Shown: positions 1 through 11,298 of the stretch, one piece after another | How positions within the stretch are numbered: the first letter of the stretch is position 1 | Layout: each line of letters begins with the position of its first letter | DNA from: Catajapyx aquilonaris | Taxonomy: Eukaryota | Reading direction: 5' to 3' | Assembly: GCA_000934665.2 (NCBI GenBank) | Contig: JYFJ02004330.1 | Location: 1-33,016, forward strand | DNA: 33,016 nucleotides | Notes under the pieces: generated by a model | The model's input: only the letters and a program-made list of their open reading frames with translations | What the model was told of the DNA's origin: nothing | Databases searched by the model: none | Position numbers and translations under genes: made by a program

Positions 1-236
1 GTATCCGCTGTAGGCCTGTATCCGCAACGAGTGAAGGTTAGCTTTGGTTAGGTTGGGTTAGTACATCGTACGCTGACGATAGGGCTGTATCCGCTGACGA
101 TAGGCATGTATCCGCTGTAGGCCTGTATCCGCAACGAGTGAAGGTTAGCTTTGGTTAGGTTGGGTTAGTACATCGTACGCTGACGATAGGGCTGTATCCG
201 CTGAAGATAGGCCTGTATCCGCTGAGGATAGGGCCG
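1..236. repeat. Tandem repeat, ~107-bp period, with ~21-bp subunits (TGTATCCGCTGACGATAGGGC) and a GGTTAG/TTAGG-rich block
   Basis: Bases 1-107 recur from 108. Subunit variants continue to ~236. The array is cut by the window start. Confidence 0.9.
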
Positions 237-1355
237 GCGGTAACTTCGTCTACTGGTAGGGCCACCCAAGTCGGACAGGTCTTTGGGGTGGGAGACCGGC
301 TTAGAGAAATGCCACGCCTTCGTCTCTTTTTTTAACCAATACAAATAAACAGTTGCAACAATGGAACACTTGCTTATTTTCTTTTATTCATTGTTAATTA
401 CTTGCAATTTCATAATTCAATTACTCTTTAACGAAACGTTTCTCCACCCAAGGAATAGTGTCATTCGACTCAGCCCATGGAGGAGCTTCAGGAAATGTAT
501 AGAAACCTGCAATATTTTGGGGGGGCTAAAGTGCATCCTTACCGAGACCTGCACCCGTACAGCCGTACTGCTCAGTTCTAAGGGAGAGGCCTAACCTCCC
601 ACCCGATCGCTCTGAAAGTCCCAGCCAGACTGGTTGAAAATGGAACAGGTTGTTGACTGGCTTGGGGGCCTGTCGTCCTGGCAACCCGCCGAGTGTGCTT
701 TGTTTCTTTCCTTTCGTTGTTTATTTGAATCTGCAGATGATGGGAGCACCTTGTTGAATTCGATATCGAACGCTGTTGCCGTGGCGACGGTTTTTTTTTT
801 GTTGGGGGGGGGGNGGGGTAGTGGGGAAGATGGTAGGGTGGGGGGTGTGGGCATGGAGGAGTGCATGGGAAGGGGTAGACGGACGGGGGCTTTTTTGGCG
901 GACGAAGAATATATTGAAAGGCCTCGATGTGGCGGCATGAGATGGTGATGTGACCCCTCCGGCCTTGAGGGAAGGGAAGGATTATTGTTTCCCCGGAAAC
1001 AGAACAGTTGTTGTTCATACAACAATGCGCATTATTAGAACAGGGGGCCAAACTCCGAAAGTTCTTGTCGCCTCCTGTGGCCAAGGATGACCTGGGAGGT
1101 CAATTCCAATGCGCTACGTCCCTTCCCGGTTAAAAACTACCCCTAGTGATACCCCTGGGGAGTGTGTGGGGGCCTCCATATGGATTTTGCATAGGTCACA
1201 AAAGACAGACATACGTCGAGAAATATGTATTAGATTTTCACAGAGGCAGACCATGTATGGCAAATTGTAATTTGGCATTGACTTGAATTGTGTCACCAGG
1301 GGCATTCACATTGGACATATTCCAAGACAGTCTGGTTTGGATAAGGATCTACTCA

Positions 1356-1541
1356 AGGCCCATTCACACAGGCCGTCGACGGTTTTGGTTTTTGGTCGCG
1401 TTGACGACGCGGACCAATCATGACTCATGTAAACAAGCACAACCCATTGTTTATTAGAGCTTGTTTACATGGGTCATGATTGGCCTGCGGTGTCAACGCA
1501 ACCAAAAACCAAAACCGTCGACGGCCTGTGTGAATGGGCCT
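1356..1541. mobile_element. PIF/Harbinger-type MITE, 186 bp, near-complete palindrome
   Basis: TIRs AGGCCCATTCACACAGGCCGTCGACGGTTTTGGTTTTTGGT.../...ACCAAAAACCAAAACCGTCGACGGCCTGTGTGAATGGGCCT. 3-bp TSD TCA at 1353-1355 and 1542-1544. Confidence 0.92.
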
Positions 1542-1679
1542 TCAAGTGTTAGGTAGCAGAACTTGTTCCTTTCCTTTTGCAACATGAATCAGACAATGAA
1601 TTTCCCACAAATCCCTCCTGTCATCATGGCCATTTCATGTGGAGAATAAATTAATAATGTTTTTGACGACATAGTCTAC

Positions 1680-2460
1680 TCACTCTCTTGGCTCAATAAC
1701 ATCCCGCATGAATCCCATTCGTGTGAAAAAGGGCCACTTAATGTCTGCAGCCTCCTCCAGCCCTGCACCGCTTTTCGTGGCTTTCACCTCTCGCACTTTG
1801 CGGCGGAGCACATCACACAAGTTCTTCCACGTTTTTATGCACCATTCCTCTGGAACCAAAACATATTTTAATATGCAGAAAATTGGCTTCGAAAGTGCTC
1901 TGGGCACCGTTGTTTGTCGCTTGGCAATGAACAGCATGGAAATGAACTGAACTGAGGAGGAATTTTGGTGAGGGAAGGAACATGATCAGGTAGAGAGTTG
2001 TGTGTGCACATGATGTCTACAACGCTCAGAAACACCAGCTTCCTTTCCCAACAACATATTAGCTTGTCCCTTTTGCAACATTTTCCTGCACCCCCACCCC
2101 TGCCAGTGATCATCCTGTGATTTTTTTACAGACGCAGTGCGAATCCCTACATGCGCCCACACTCATCGTGTATGGAAAAATTCACCGGTTTTGACCCAGG
2201 TGTACCACAAGTTTAGCCAGCTACTGCTCTGCCTACATATATGGTTGGAGCTCAAGTTGTTCGAGGAACTTCATTCTAGAGATACTTCAGTACTCAGCCT
2301 GTATACTTACTTGGCTGCTCGACTCTCTCTGCCACTTCTTCCCACAGCACCTGCAGGTGGTACCGGTCTCGGTGCTCCTTGCAGCGGACGTCCCAAATAA
2401 ACTGCCGCTCATATACCTCATCAATGAGGCGCTCTTTCAGAGCCACCTCCTCCTTCAGTT
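1680..2460 (-). pseudogene. MADF-domain DNA-binding gene, spliced, probably the Harbinger partner ORF
   Basis: Exon LIDEVYERQFIWDVRCKEHRDRYHLQVLWEEVAERV ends at a GTAAGT donor (~2310). Downstream exon EEWCIKTWKNLCDVLRRK...KSGAG...KWPFFTRMGFMRDVIEPR gives the MADF tryptophan pattern. Confidence 0.8.
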
Positions 2461-2929
2461 TTTCTGCACGCTCCTGCCGCAAAGCTGCCTTCATTGTAGG
2501 CGCGACCCGTCCTACGTAGGTCCAGCCCCTTGACACATCCAATCTATCCCTGTGTTGAAGGTTGTTTAATAAAAGGCACCGCTAGGCGGGGAACGTGGCG
2601 CTGGTGCGCCTCCTGGGTTTCCTGGGTCATCTAGTCCGTGATCTAGTCTCTAGTGGAGGGTCCCTTCGGGTGGCTGCCTACTTCAGCCTGCGGACTGGTG
2701 CTGGGGGCAAAAAAAAAAAACAACAAACAAACAAACAAAAAGTCGGCATATTGCACCACGGTACTAACGGTAACTTACGGTAAAAATCCGGTAAGAGTGA
2801 AAAGACCCTAGGTAGGTTTGAACGGTTTCGAGCAGGTGTCCGCCCGAAGGGACCCCCCACTACACGAGTTCTATGCGCGGGGTTCCATGGCCAAAATGGG
2901 CCTACACGTGACCCACACGTGACTTATTT

Positions 2930-3187
2930 TGTCGCCAGCGACCGTGTGTCTGCCGTCGCAGGTATCTGGATCTAGCAGATCCTGGCGACGGGCACCAAAT
3001 CGGTCGCTGGACGGGAACTCCGTCGCTGGGGGCACCGCGTCGTGGATACGTGAACGCTCCGGCGACAGCGACGGGCACCAAATCGGTCGCTGGGGCACCG
3101 CGTCGTGGATACGTGAACGCTCTGGCGACAGCGACGGGGCACCGAATCGGTCGCTGGGCACGATATCGCGGATATGTGAATGCACCT
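2930..3187 (-). mobile_element. Harbinger terminus (TIR AGGTGCATTCACAT) with ~63-bp subterminal repeats
   Basis: GTGAATGCACCT ends at 3187 and is followed by TTA, a Harbinger-type target. GGCACCGCGTCGTGGATACGTGAACGCTC repeats at 3031 and 3094. The partner end was not found. Confidence 0.7.
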
Positions 3188-4138
3188 TTAATCATCTGAC
3201 AGGGAGTCGTCCAAATCGATGATGGTTGGGCTCGATCGATCGGATTCTGCTGGTGCATCGGCTCCGCTTGCGACCAGGTCACTTGTCCTGACCTGGGATG
3301 AGGGCACTTCTGGTGTGATTGCTGGGTTATCTGGAGGTGTAGATTGGCCATCTGGGATGTAGTTGTACACGTCAAAAGGGACGGCAAAGGCTTGTCTTTC
3401 ATGGCCAGGTGTGTCCTCCAGGAAGGTGGTTCCAGACATCAGCAACCTATGGAAATCCAATTGTCACTCCCACTGGGTCAGGAAATCGGTGGTTAATGCA
3501 AAATTACAGTTCTTAACAGGTCATGTTTACCTCTCAACACCATTACTTGCTGCTGATGCAGACAAGGAATTTCCTTTTTTATGTATCCTTCCTGGATGTG
3601 CTTGGATCCTACATGTGGGAAGTACCCCAGCTTCTTTACATAACGCTTGAAACCCCTCATCTAATGATGAATCGCTTTCACCTTCATCAGATGGCTTCCA
3701 ATGGCTTGATGGTGAGCTATCTGTCCGCTGGTCAATGTCTGCATCATGGGGTTGCGGGTGGATCTGTGCGCTGTGTCCAGCAACATTACCTCCGCCGACA
3801 TTTTGATCTACAATTTCATATACGATTGTATGCCTAGTTATTTTCCCTTATGCGTACCAAAATTGATTTTAACCTCTGTATTTTTAAAAGTACTGCTCTG
3901 GATGAATTACCTGGTGCATCTGGAGCTGCAGCCACTTGTAAAGGCAAGTTAGGGGCTGCTTCATCTGCACTTAGTTGGCAGGCTGCATTTCCATCCTCTT
4001 CCATGTGTCCGCCTAATTGGCCGCTGCAAGTCTTACGTCTGCAACAAGAAGGCAGAAGTACCTGTGTTATTATTCTGGAAGTAAAACGGAAGCAGCAATA
4101 ATCATCATAAGATGTTGGGGAACGGTGCAACGAGGAAG

Positions 4139-4617
4139 TGTCATCAACTAAACGTGATTAACCCAAGTCAGTTGACGTTGAAAGTTTTCCAATAACCCAA
4201 GCCACCAGAAATGATACAGACAAGTGTTCACAGTATATAAAAAGGTTTATTTATGAGGATACACAGAATACAGACATAGGGTCGTCTGGTTTAAACACAA
4301 TTAGAATGTTAACAAACGTGGGTTACTTACACTAGTGGAGCTTCTCGTAGATTCGTCCTGGAGAGAGTGCTTTTTGGGTCCCGAAAGACGGCTTTTATAG
4401 TGAGGATTTGTCCTTCACAATAAGAAAAAACTCGACAAGTGATGCTACGATTGATTAGTCATAATGAAAAGAAGATGGCCGATACATCGATCTACATGTA
4501 AAATTTATGGTAAAAAGGTGACCTTCGTCCGTCCTTGATCGACACTGTAAGAGTTTAAAAGATGGCGCGCATGTGGATGTTAAGTTACTGTATTCTATCA
4601 TGGCCCCTTTCGTGACA
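4139..4617 (-). mobile_element. Solo LTR, 479 bp, Gypsy-like
   Basis: Minus strand reads TGTCACGA...TATAAAA...GTAAGT...AATAAA...GATGACA, with inverted TGTCA/TGACA ends. 4-bp TSD GAAG at 4135-4138 and 4618-4621. Confidence 0.85.
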
Positions 4618-5326
4618 GAAGACTGCGTCGACGTCGTGTTCTTTAAGTCTTTAAGTTCTTTAGTGCTACAAATGCTTATGTTTACACCATTTCCTTGGTA
4701 GGCTATGCTTTCATTGATCCACTCTGCCCACGAATTGTTGACTTTTTTCCGCATTAGGCCGGTTGTCTACACGGAGTGTCATGTATTATTTTACCCCGTG
4801 CCTGCAACAAACACACATATGCATAGATAATGATGTTCAGAGACAGAGGTCCCACTTTTATAAACAGTATAGCAGTGAATGATGTGAGCTGCATTACCTG
4901 TAATAACTAGTGAAGGTAGCTATTTTGTGGTTTGTTAACGCGCCTTCTTTCTTGCCGCCAAGTGTAACTTTCTTGGCTCGGTACTCCTGGACCAGGTTCC
5001 GCATGCCAGTGCCAGCTCTCTTGGCTGCATGGTTGATGCATTCCTCCTTGGTCTGAATTCTTTCCCAATTCATTGGAACGCAAGGTGCACAAGTGGCAAT
5101 ATTTTGAGAGGACTTCATAATCTAGAACGAGGCCTGTCATGACATCAATGACAGCTCCAAGGCCATACAATGTGTATTGTTAGCCAGTTGGCATGACGAT
5201 CAGGTTGTCAACTGGCATTGTTGTCATTTAGTAAACACTTAAGAGTTCACAAGGTCAGGACGTGTGTGTTACTCAGAGGGCCTGTTCGAGGGCCGCTCAC
5301 GAGCCTTGCCAAGGCCTATCACTACA

Positions 5327-5338
5327 TGGTGGCAGCGG
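5327..5338 (+). promoter_or_regulatory. Primer-binding site, complementary to the tRNA-Leu 3' end
   Basis: TGGTGGCAGCGG directly after the LTR terminal CA matches the reverse complement of ...CCGCTGCCACCA. Confidence 0.75.
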
Positions 5339-5410
5339 GGTGAGACGTTCTACCCCTACCATTGTTGGAGAGTCAAGTTCCGAGGTCAGAGACGCCTTAT
5401 TGCAGCGGAC

Positions 5411-6784
5411 ATGGCATCCTGCCCATTTCTACCTCCGGAACCTCTCGACTTCCAACATCCAGAAGCATGGACTCTTTGGAAAATGTGCTTCCAAAGGTAC
5501 AGGACCCTGTCCAAGTTGGACAAGCAGCCGGCAGCCTATCAAGTCGATGCTTTAGTGTACTGTATGGGACCTCAGGCGGAGGAAGTCTTGATAAATTTCC
5601 ACCTGGACGAGGTTGCTATGAGTGACTACGACCTGCTGTTGATGTTGTTCGAGAATCACTTTGTCAAGAAGAATCGAACGCAGGAGTTGAACGTCACGCA
5701 AGCCTGGCTGTCTGAAGACGTTAAGCAGCAGCAGCAGCAGCAGCAGCAACGGGGTGAGCCGAGTCTACCCCTACCGTCAGACAGGGAGCCAGCGGCCGAA
5801 CAGTGCGCCGTCACTCAGGTCAGGCTGCCCGCCAAGCAGAAAGAGCAGCAGCAGCGGGGTGAGCCGAGTCTACCCCTACTGTCAGATCTATCCAGCAAGC
5901 CAGCGGCCGAACAGTGCGCCGTCACTCAGGCCAGTCTGTCAGTCAAGCAGCAGCAGTCTACTCTCCAAGGTAAGGAGATGCTGGAACAGGACCGGGTTCA
6001 TTCTTCCAGTCACACCAAAGGGTCCGCTGGCAAGAATAACGGTTCAAGTGGTCATAAGAACCAGAAGCATACTGCTTCCGAGATGTGTGCCTGTTTCAAG
6101 ACAGCAGGGCACTACGGGGAAGTTTGTCAGTCATTCCAAGAAGCCGACGTCACAGAGCTGACGCAGTTGCCCATCACATTTTTGGGGCGCTTGGAAGCTA
6201 GAGAAATCGTCGACTCCGTCCAGGACCGTGTGTTGACCGACGCCAAGGGCAACTACAAGATAGCCACCGCCGGGACCAATGTTGGGGCCAGTCGCCAACA
6301 GGCATCCAAGCAGGATCCAGAGCTACAAGAGGTTCTGGAGCGGAGTAAGCGCAGCAGCCTCAGGTCCTCCGGCAAGGTCTCCGGAGGAGGACAGATCAGG
6401 TGCAATGTTGGACGTGGAGGATGCAGCCAGGTGGCCAAGAAGTCATCAGCAGAAGAGTATCAGAGCGACACGGTGCTATGCAGCAACAGGGACCAACAAC
6501 CGGTGCCCATGGACGCTGCCCCCTCTGACGCCCCAGCCGAAGCAGCCATGGAAGTCGCACCAGCCGACACCTCCAGCGACGAGGACCTACGCGACAGCCG
6601 CTGTGTCCCGTACTGCAGGTACATGTCCGGCTGCATCCTGGAGGACCACTTGGACCACACCACTGACCGCCTGAATGTCGATGAAAAGGACGTGGTCATC
6701 AAGAAGGTGCTGAAGAGGACATCCCTGATGCAGCCTAGATCCACGGGTCGCCCGCCGCCAAAGAGGGGGAGATGTATTATGTGA
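5411..6784 (+). CDS. Gag-like protein, ~457 aa, with no recognisable PR/RT/RH/IN
   Basis: N-terminus PPEPLDFQHPEAWTLWKMCFQRYR...QVDALVYCMGPQAEEV...FENHF is typical of Mag/CsRn1-like Gypsy gag. Degenerate knuckle CFKTAGHYGEVC. PolyQ plus an internal ~90-bp duplication (5744/5849). The ORF runs through the first PPT. Confidence 0.8.
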   Translation: MASCPFLPPEPLDFQHPEAWTLWKMCFQRYRTLSKLDKQPAAYQVDALVYCMGPQAEEVLINFHLDEVAMSDYDLLLMLFENHFVKKNRTQELNVTQAWLSEDVKQQQQQQQQRGEPSLPLPSDREPAAEQCAVTQVRLPAKQKEQQQRGEPSLPLLSDLSSKPAAEQCAVTQASLSVKQQQSTLQGKEMLEQDRVHSSSHTKGSAGKNNGSSGHKNQKHTASEMCACFKTAGHYGEVCQSFQEADVTELTQLPITFLGRLEAREIVDSVQDRVLTDAKGNYKIATAGTNVGASRQQASKQDPELQEVLERSKRSSLRSSGKVSGGGQIRCNVGRGGCSQVAKKSSAEEYQSDTVLCSNRDQQPVPMDAAPSDAPAEAAMEVAPADTSSDEDLRDSRCVPYCRYMSGCILEDHLDHTTDRLNVDEKDVVIKKVLKRTSLMQPRSTGRPPPKRGRCIM

Positions 6785-6947
6785 TGCCCCGCTAAAAGGG
6801 GGATATGTATTGTTAGCCAGTTGGCATGACGATCAGGTTGTCAACTGGCATTGTTGTCATTTAGTAAACACTTAGAGTTCACAAGGTCAGGACGTGTGTG
6901 TTACTCAGAGGGCCCGTGAGCGGCCCTCGAACAGGCCCTCTGAGTAA

Positions 6948-7145
6948 CATGATGGCTCGTGGCATCGCAGGGGCCACACTTCATTGTGTATTATGTGATG
7001 CCCCGCTAAAAGGGGGAGATGTATTGTTAGCCAGTTGACAACCTGATCGTCATGCCAACTGGCTAACAATACATCTCCCCCTTTTAGCGGGGCATCACAT
7101 AATACACAATGAAGTGTGGCCCCTGCGATGCCACGAGCCATCATG
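6948..7145. repeat. Perfect inverted repeat, 90-bp arms with an 18-nt loop
   Basis: 6948-7037 is the reverse complement of 7056-7145. Confidence 0.9.
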
Positions 7146-8367
7146 CGATACTGTGATGGCAATCACATCATCCTCATTTAGGTTTGCGTCTAGTTCAAGA
7201 TAAGCTTTTCGAACACATTCCCTTGACTTTTGAAGTACTGCTGCCTTGTACTTCATGCTAGAATCTAGCAGTTTCTGCAGGTGACTTTCCCAGGTCCTCT
7301 GTGCCATAGGTTCCATGCCCATTTCCAAGCAAAAGCGCTCCATGGATGCATACCCAGAGCCAATGTTAATGAATGCATCAACGAGTCTTCTGTTCACAGC
7401 AAACGGAGCTCTTGTTGAATCTTCATCATGCACCCTTGGGCTTGTGTATGACTGACCCTGAACCTCTTCGCAAGTTGAACATACCAGACTTAGCTTTCTG
7501 CTAAAACCATGCTTTTCATTTACTTTTGGTACAATGCTTTGTTTCTTGCAAACCTTGCACATTATTGTTTTAGTGGCATTGGCTAGGCACTGGTTGGAAA
7601 TGAAAATGAATTCATTCCTACATTTTGGTGTCTCACCTGCATCAAACTTTTTCGTCAGCCTCGAAAAAGCGCATCTTCCTTGAAGTTGTTGATTGAGGAC
7701 GCTCGATTTCTTGTTCAGGTCCATGGGCAGGTCCTTGGGCAGGTTCAGATTCAGTGAGGTTGGGAGGTGCAGCAGGTTCGGAGGTATTTTGGAAACGTTC
7801 TTTTGCTGCCGCGGATCGTATCGCCGAACCTCTCTTCCTTCTTCCTCGCAGTCTCCGCCAGCGTTTACTCTGGCTATGCATTCTGCTTGCAACGGTGCGA
7901 CGCTTCCAGGACTTGCTTTTCCTCAGCAACGTTGAAGAGTACGGGTGGGCGCGGACAGGTACCGTCAGTACAGCACAATCATCACGAACTACGCAGTCTC
8001 AGCAACAACAAACTCATTGCCAGCATTGCCTCTGACAGCTGATGTGACATGGCACCAAAGACCGTATATGTTAAGACGCGCTCATGTATGGGGCAGAGTG
8101 AAATGGCCGCTAGTGCTGCCATATGTCGAGTGCGGAGTTTGGAGTTGACAGCACAGCACGTTTCGTATGGACGTGTGGACGTCCCCTTGACCAGTTTTTC
8201 CGTGCTAAAACACTCAACACAAACTACTCATATCACTCCATGTAACCAACTGGAAGCTGCTCAGGGCACAAGTTTATGCCCAAGTGTGATTCAGCCTCTG
8301 CAGTACATGTAGTGCCCATAAAAATTCGAGTGCGGATCATTTCCGAACGACCCTCGACTTATGTACA

Positions 8368-10440
8368 TTAATTGTGGTGAACAACTTTGGCCATCTTTCT
8401 GTTCTTTCTTTTTGATTTTTTGACAGCTTTCCTCTCCTTTGCTTCTTGTGAAATGGCATCATTCAATTTTTTCACTTCTTCGAAAATGATTATTTTCAAA
8501 AATAAATCAACATATTGTACCAAACATGGCTCACAGACATAGCATTTTTGCTCTTTTGATAATTTGGACATCACAGTATTCAAAAGATCCTTTCTCAAAC
8601 CATTCTTATGTTGTAAGTTGAGAAAGTTATCACCAAATGCAGCTAAGCAGCAGTCACTTAATGAATGTTGTGATGGCATGAACAAACCACAGAAGTCAGA
8701 TTTCTCAGTGTTGTAGGCTTTAAATGACATGAATAACTGTGCTGGATCCAAGCACTCAGTTTCCATACTGATGAACTTATTCTTACACGCCTCATGAGTC
8801 ATTTTACTGCAGACAAATCCGGAAACATAAACTAGAGCATTTTCATCTCTAATGTCTATAGGTCCCCGTTCATAGTGCATGTCGTTTGTCTCCTCTTCAC
8901 CTTGTACCCTACAAGTAGGGAACACAAATCCCTTCTTTTCAATATTTTGCTTGACCAAAATAAATTCTTCCAGATCCACTTTGCAATTGCTTGTTGCTGG
9001 AGGAACAATGAGTTCATTTGCCATGCATATTTTGAAGGATGATTTGAAACCGTTTATATCAGGATGGTCACCATGACCACCTTTCAGCCTTAACTGAGAA
9101 AAAAAAAATCTCCAAACAGTCTTGATTGCAACGGTGGGTCATCAAGAACTCAAATCCGTATTTAGTGGATAAGCTGTCCCACAGACCTTTCAGTGATGTG
9201 ATGTTCATCTGCCACCCTTTGAAGCAGTTTGGTTGAACTCGTGCACCTATAACCTCTATTGATTGCAAAATGGCCTGGGCCCTATCCAAAAACTCCCATT
9301 GCTTCACATTTCCATTGCAGAGACCTTTCCGCAGAGATTTCTTACAAAATTTGGTCTCTGAATTAAATATATCAAATAGTGAATCAAAGAAACTTAATAA
9401 TTCTGCTGTATGGACTGCACTGGATGGCATCTTTCCGACACTCACATGAGTATATATTCCTGCACTGACAGTGTGGCTGAAAACTTCTGTTGCCAAATGC
9501 ACAGACATCGACGCAAAAGGCGGCAATTTTATGTGCCGTTGTGTCAGCTTTGGCGCCAAAGACACTCTTTGTTTGCTGTCTCTCAAGTAAAAGGCAACGA
9601 TGTGGCACCACTTGGCTACAGAGCCAGATCCAAATCTAACGTTATATTTCATCAGCATGTTTCTTACACACTTCATCAGGTGGTGTATATCATACATGAA
9701 AAAAAAAAAATCTTCAGAAGGATCTGTGGGCAGTGTGAAAAAAGGCTGGTCATTTTTAACCCCTAGCAGCCGTTTCAAAACCTTGTTATGTGGTCCTTGG
9801 TCACATACAATCAATTTAGGAATGAAACCAGTGGCACGTATTTTCTCACAAGCTTCTAAGACTAGCTTCTTCAGAGTCCTGCCTTTCGCTCCGTTCGTGA
9901 AAAAAAAGCCAAGAGGCTGTTTCCATTTGATTTTTAAGCCCTTAATCATGAAAACTAATGCTTGGGTCGCACGAACTGGCTTAACAGGTTTCCCTTCCTC
10001 ATCTCCATAATCTTCCCAGCCCTCAATAACATCATCATTTTTATTGTATATCAACTTCTCTGAAATAGACGTTTCGTCTAATACCAATGCCACTGGCAAC
10101 TCACTTTTAGACATATACTTTGACTTCTGCCGCACAGAGAGTACACCTTCATTAAATCCAGGCCTGACTCTTAAAGCTGACAACCAGCTTTGAAGTGAAC
10201 GGACAGGTGGCAAAGCAAGCAATTTTTGGCAAAATCTGTATGCCTTGGGGCTACAGTAATACAGAGCTATAGCAAAACTTTTTTCATAACCTGTGTACCT
10301 TCTACCTCTGGGCTTATGCTTCCGTAGTGCAAGTTGGCTTCTGAAAAACATCTTCATGTGGTCACTGATGTGGTCAGCAATCTCCCAGATTCTGGCATTT
10401 CCCAAAAACTAGAGCATTTTGCGCTGCCTGTTCATTGGCC
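8368..10440 (-). pseudogene. P-element/THAP9-family transposase, 5'-truncated, frameshifted at the A-run ~9099-9108
   Basis: SPKAYRFC..LALP, LVLDE, KWKQPLGFFF, CDQGPHN, YDIHHLMKCVRN, MSVHLATEVFS, FDIFNS and NQDCLEIFF. C-terminal ALVYVSGFVC is in ORF 8368-9024. Confidence 0.93.
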
Positions 10441-10780
10441 AATTTCATCCTCTTCTGTAATCTACATACTTGGACCCAGGGCCGGATTTAGATGAAGAGA
10501 GGCCCTAGACTATCCACTTGTGAGGCCCTTCCCAACAGTGCCCCCCCCCCCCCCGAGAAACCTAGGCTATTATCCGAAAATCACTAATTCATGAATTTTT
10601 TTGGAAAAAGTGCTACCAATTTCATCACATATACACCAATTCAAATCTCCCACATTCACCTAAGCTCATGTGACCTACCCCCCAAAAATCCCCGCCTATT
10701 ACGGCTTATGGACCCCCTCCCAACATTTTTTCTGCCTACGCGCATGCCCCTGTATTTGCGTTCATTAAAAAACCTATAAN

Positions 10781-10816
10781 CCCCCCCCGCGCAAACTTGT
10801 GCTGGATCCGCCACTG
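10781..10816. mobile_element. Single end of a hAT-type MITE (CTGGATCCGCCACTG)
   Basis: Reverse complement CAGTGGCGGATCCAG resembles a common hAT MITE TIR. It is next to an N/poly-C gap and the partner end is not seen. Confidence 0.45.
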
Positions 10817-11298
10817 CTTCCCAATCCCCCACCCTCATGACTAGAGAAAGACGGAAATATTTTAAACCAAATTATTCTGTGAAGCCGATGATGAAATTTT
10901 GGCATTTCACAATTCCTCGTCCAATGGACATAATATTACTGTTAAATACCGATAGCGTAGTGACTGAAATAAGATGCGTTAAAATTATCACTGAAAAGTT
11001 TTTGCAATAAATCGAACTTATTGTTAGTATAAACATTTTGTGGAGTAGGCAGGATTTTTTTTCTGAAAATGAAATGCTCAATTCTCTGTTACATTCTTTA
11101 ATGCGGTACATTCTTTTAAAATATAGAGAGAAGCTACATCATCGTCAAATGCATCGTAAATACATCAATATACAGTCATTCATAAAAATATTACAATATA
11201 TACGTGTATAATACACAATATATTATACAATATACATCAAATCGGATACATCATCATCAAATCATGTACATCATCTATCATCATCAAATCATGTACAT

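Larger units (their letters stand above)
5173..7106 (+). mobile_element. Non-autonomous Gypsy-type LTR element with a rearranged 3' end
   Basis: 5' LTR 5173-5326 (TG...CA). PBS TGGTGGCAGCGG at 5327-5338. PPTs at ~6760-6772 and ~6794-6803. Second LTR copy starts at 6806. 5-bp TSD CAATG at 5168-5172 and 7107-7111. Confidence 0.9.
4894..7930 (-). pseudogene. Mutator-like (Kolobok-H-type motifs) transposase, internally deleted and split by the LTR insertion at 5173-7106
   Basis: CKVC...CSTC, VNRRLV, ITVSHDGSWHRRGHTSL|YGLGAVIDVMTGLVLDYEVLSKYCHLC and KEECINHAAKR. The frame rejoins across the CAATG TSD. The superfamily label is from motif recall. Confidence 0.8.

Noticed and set aside
1298..1311. 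AGGGGCATTCACAT as the left TIR matching the Harbinger end at 3187
   Set aside because: It has one mismatch, is not preceded by TTA and has no subterminal repeats, so it may be chance.
2985..3160. Repeat array resembling a CRISPR
   Set aside because: The intervening sequences also repeat, there are no cas genes, and the array abuts a Harbinger TIR in eukaryotic DNA.
4139..4236. Segmental duplication of the ISL2EU region (shared with 32920-33016)
   Set aside because: It is better explained as the U5 end of an LTR: both copies start at TGTCA and the first has a GAAG TSD.
7642..8312. Short overlapping ORFs upstream of or antisense to the Mutator-like transposase as separate genes
   Set aside because: They are frameshifted N-terminal pieces or shadow ORFs with no independent motifs.
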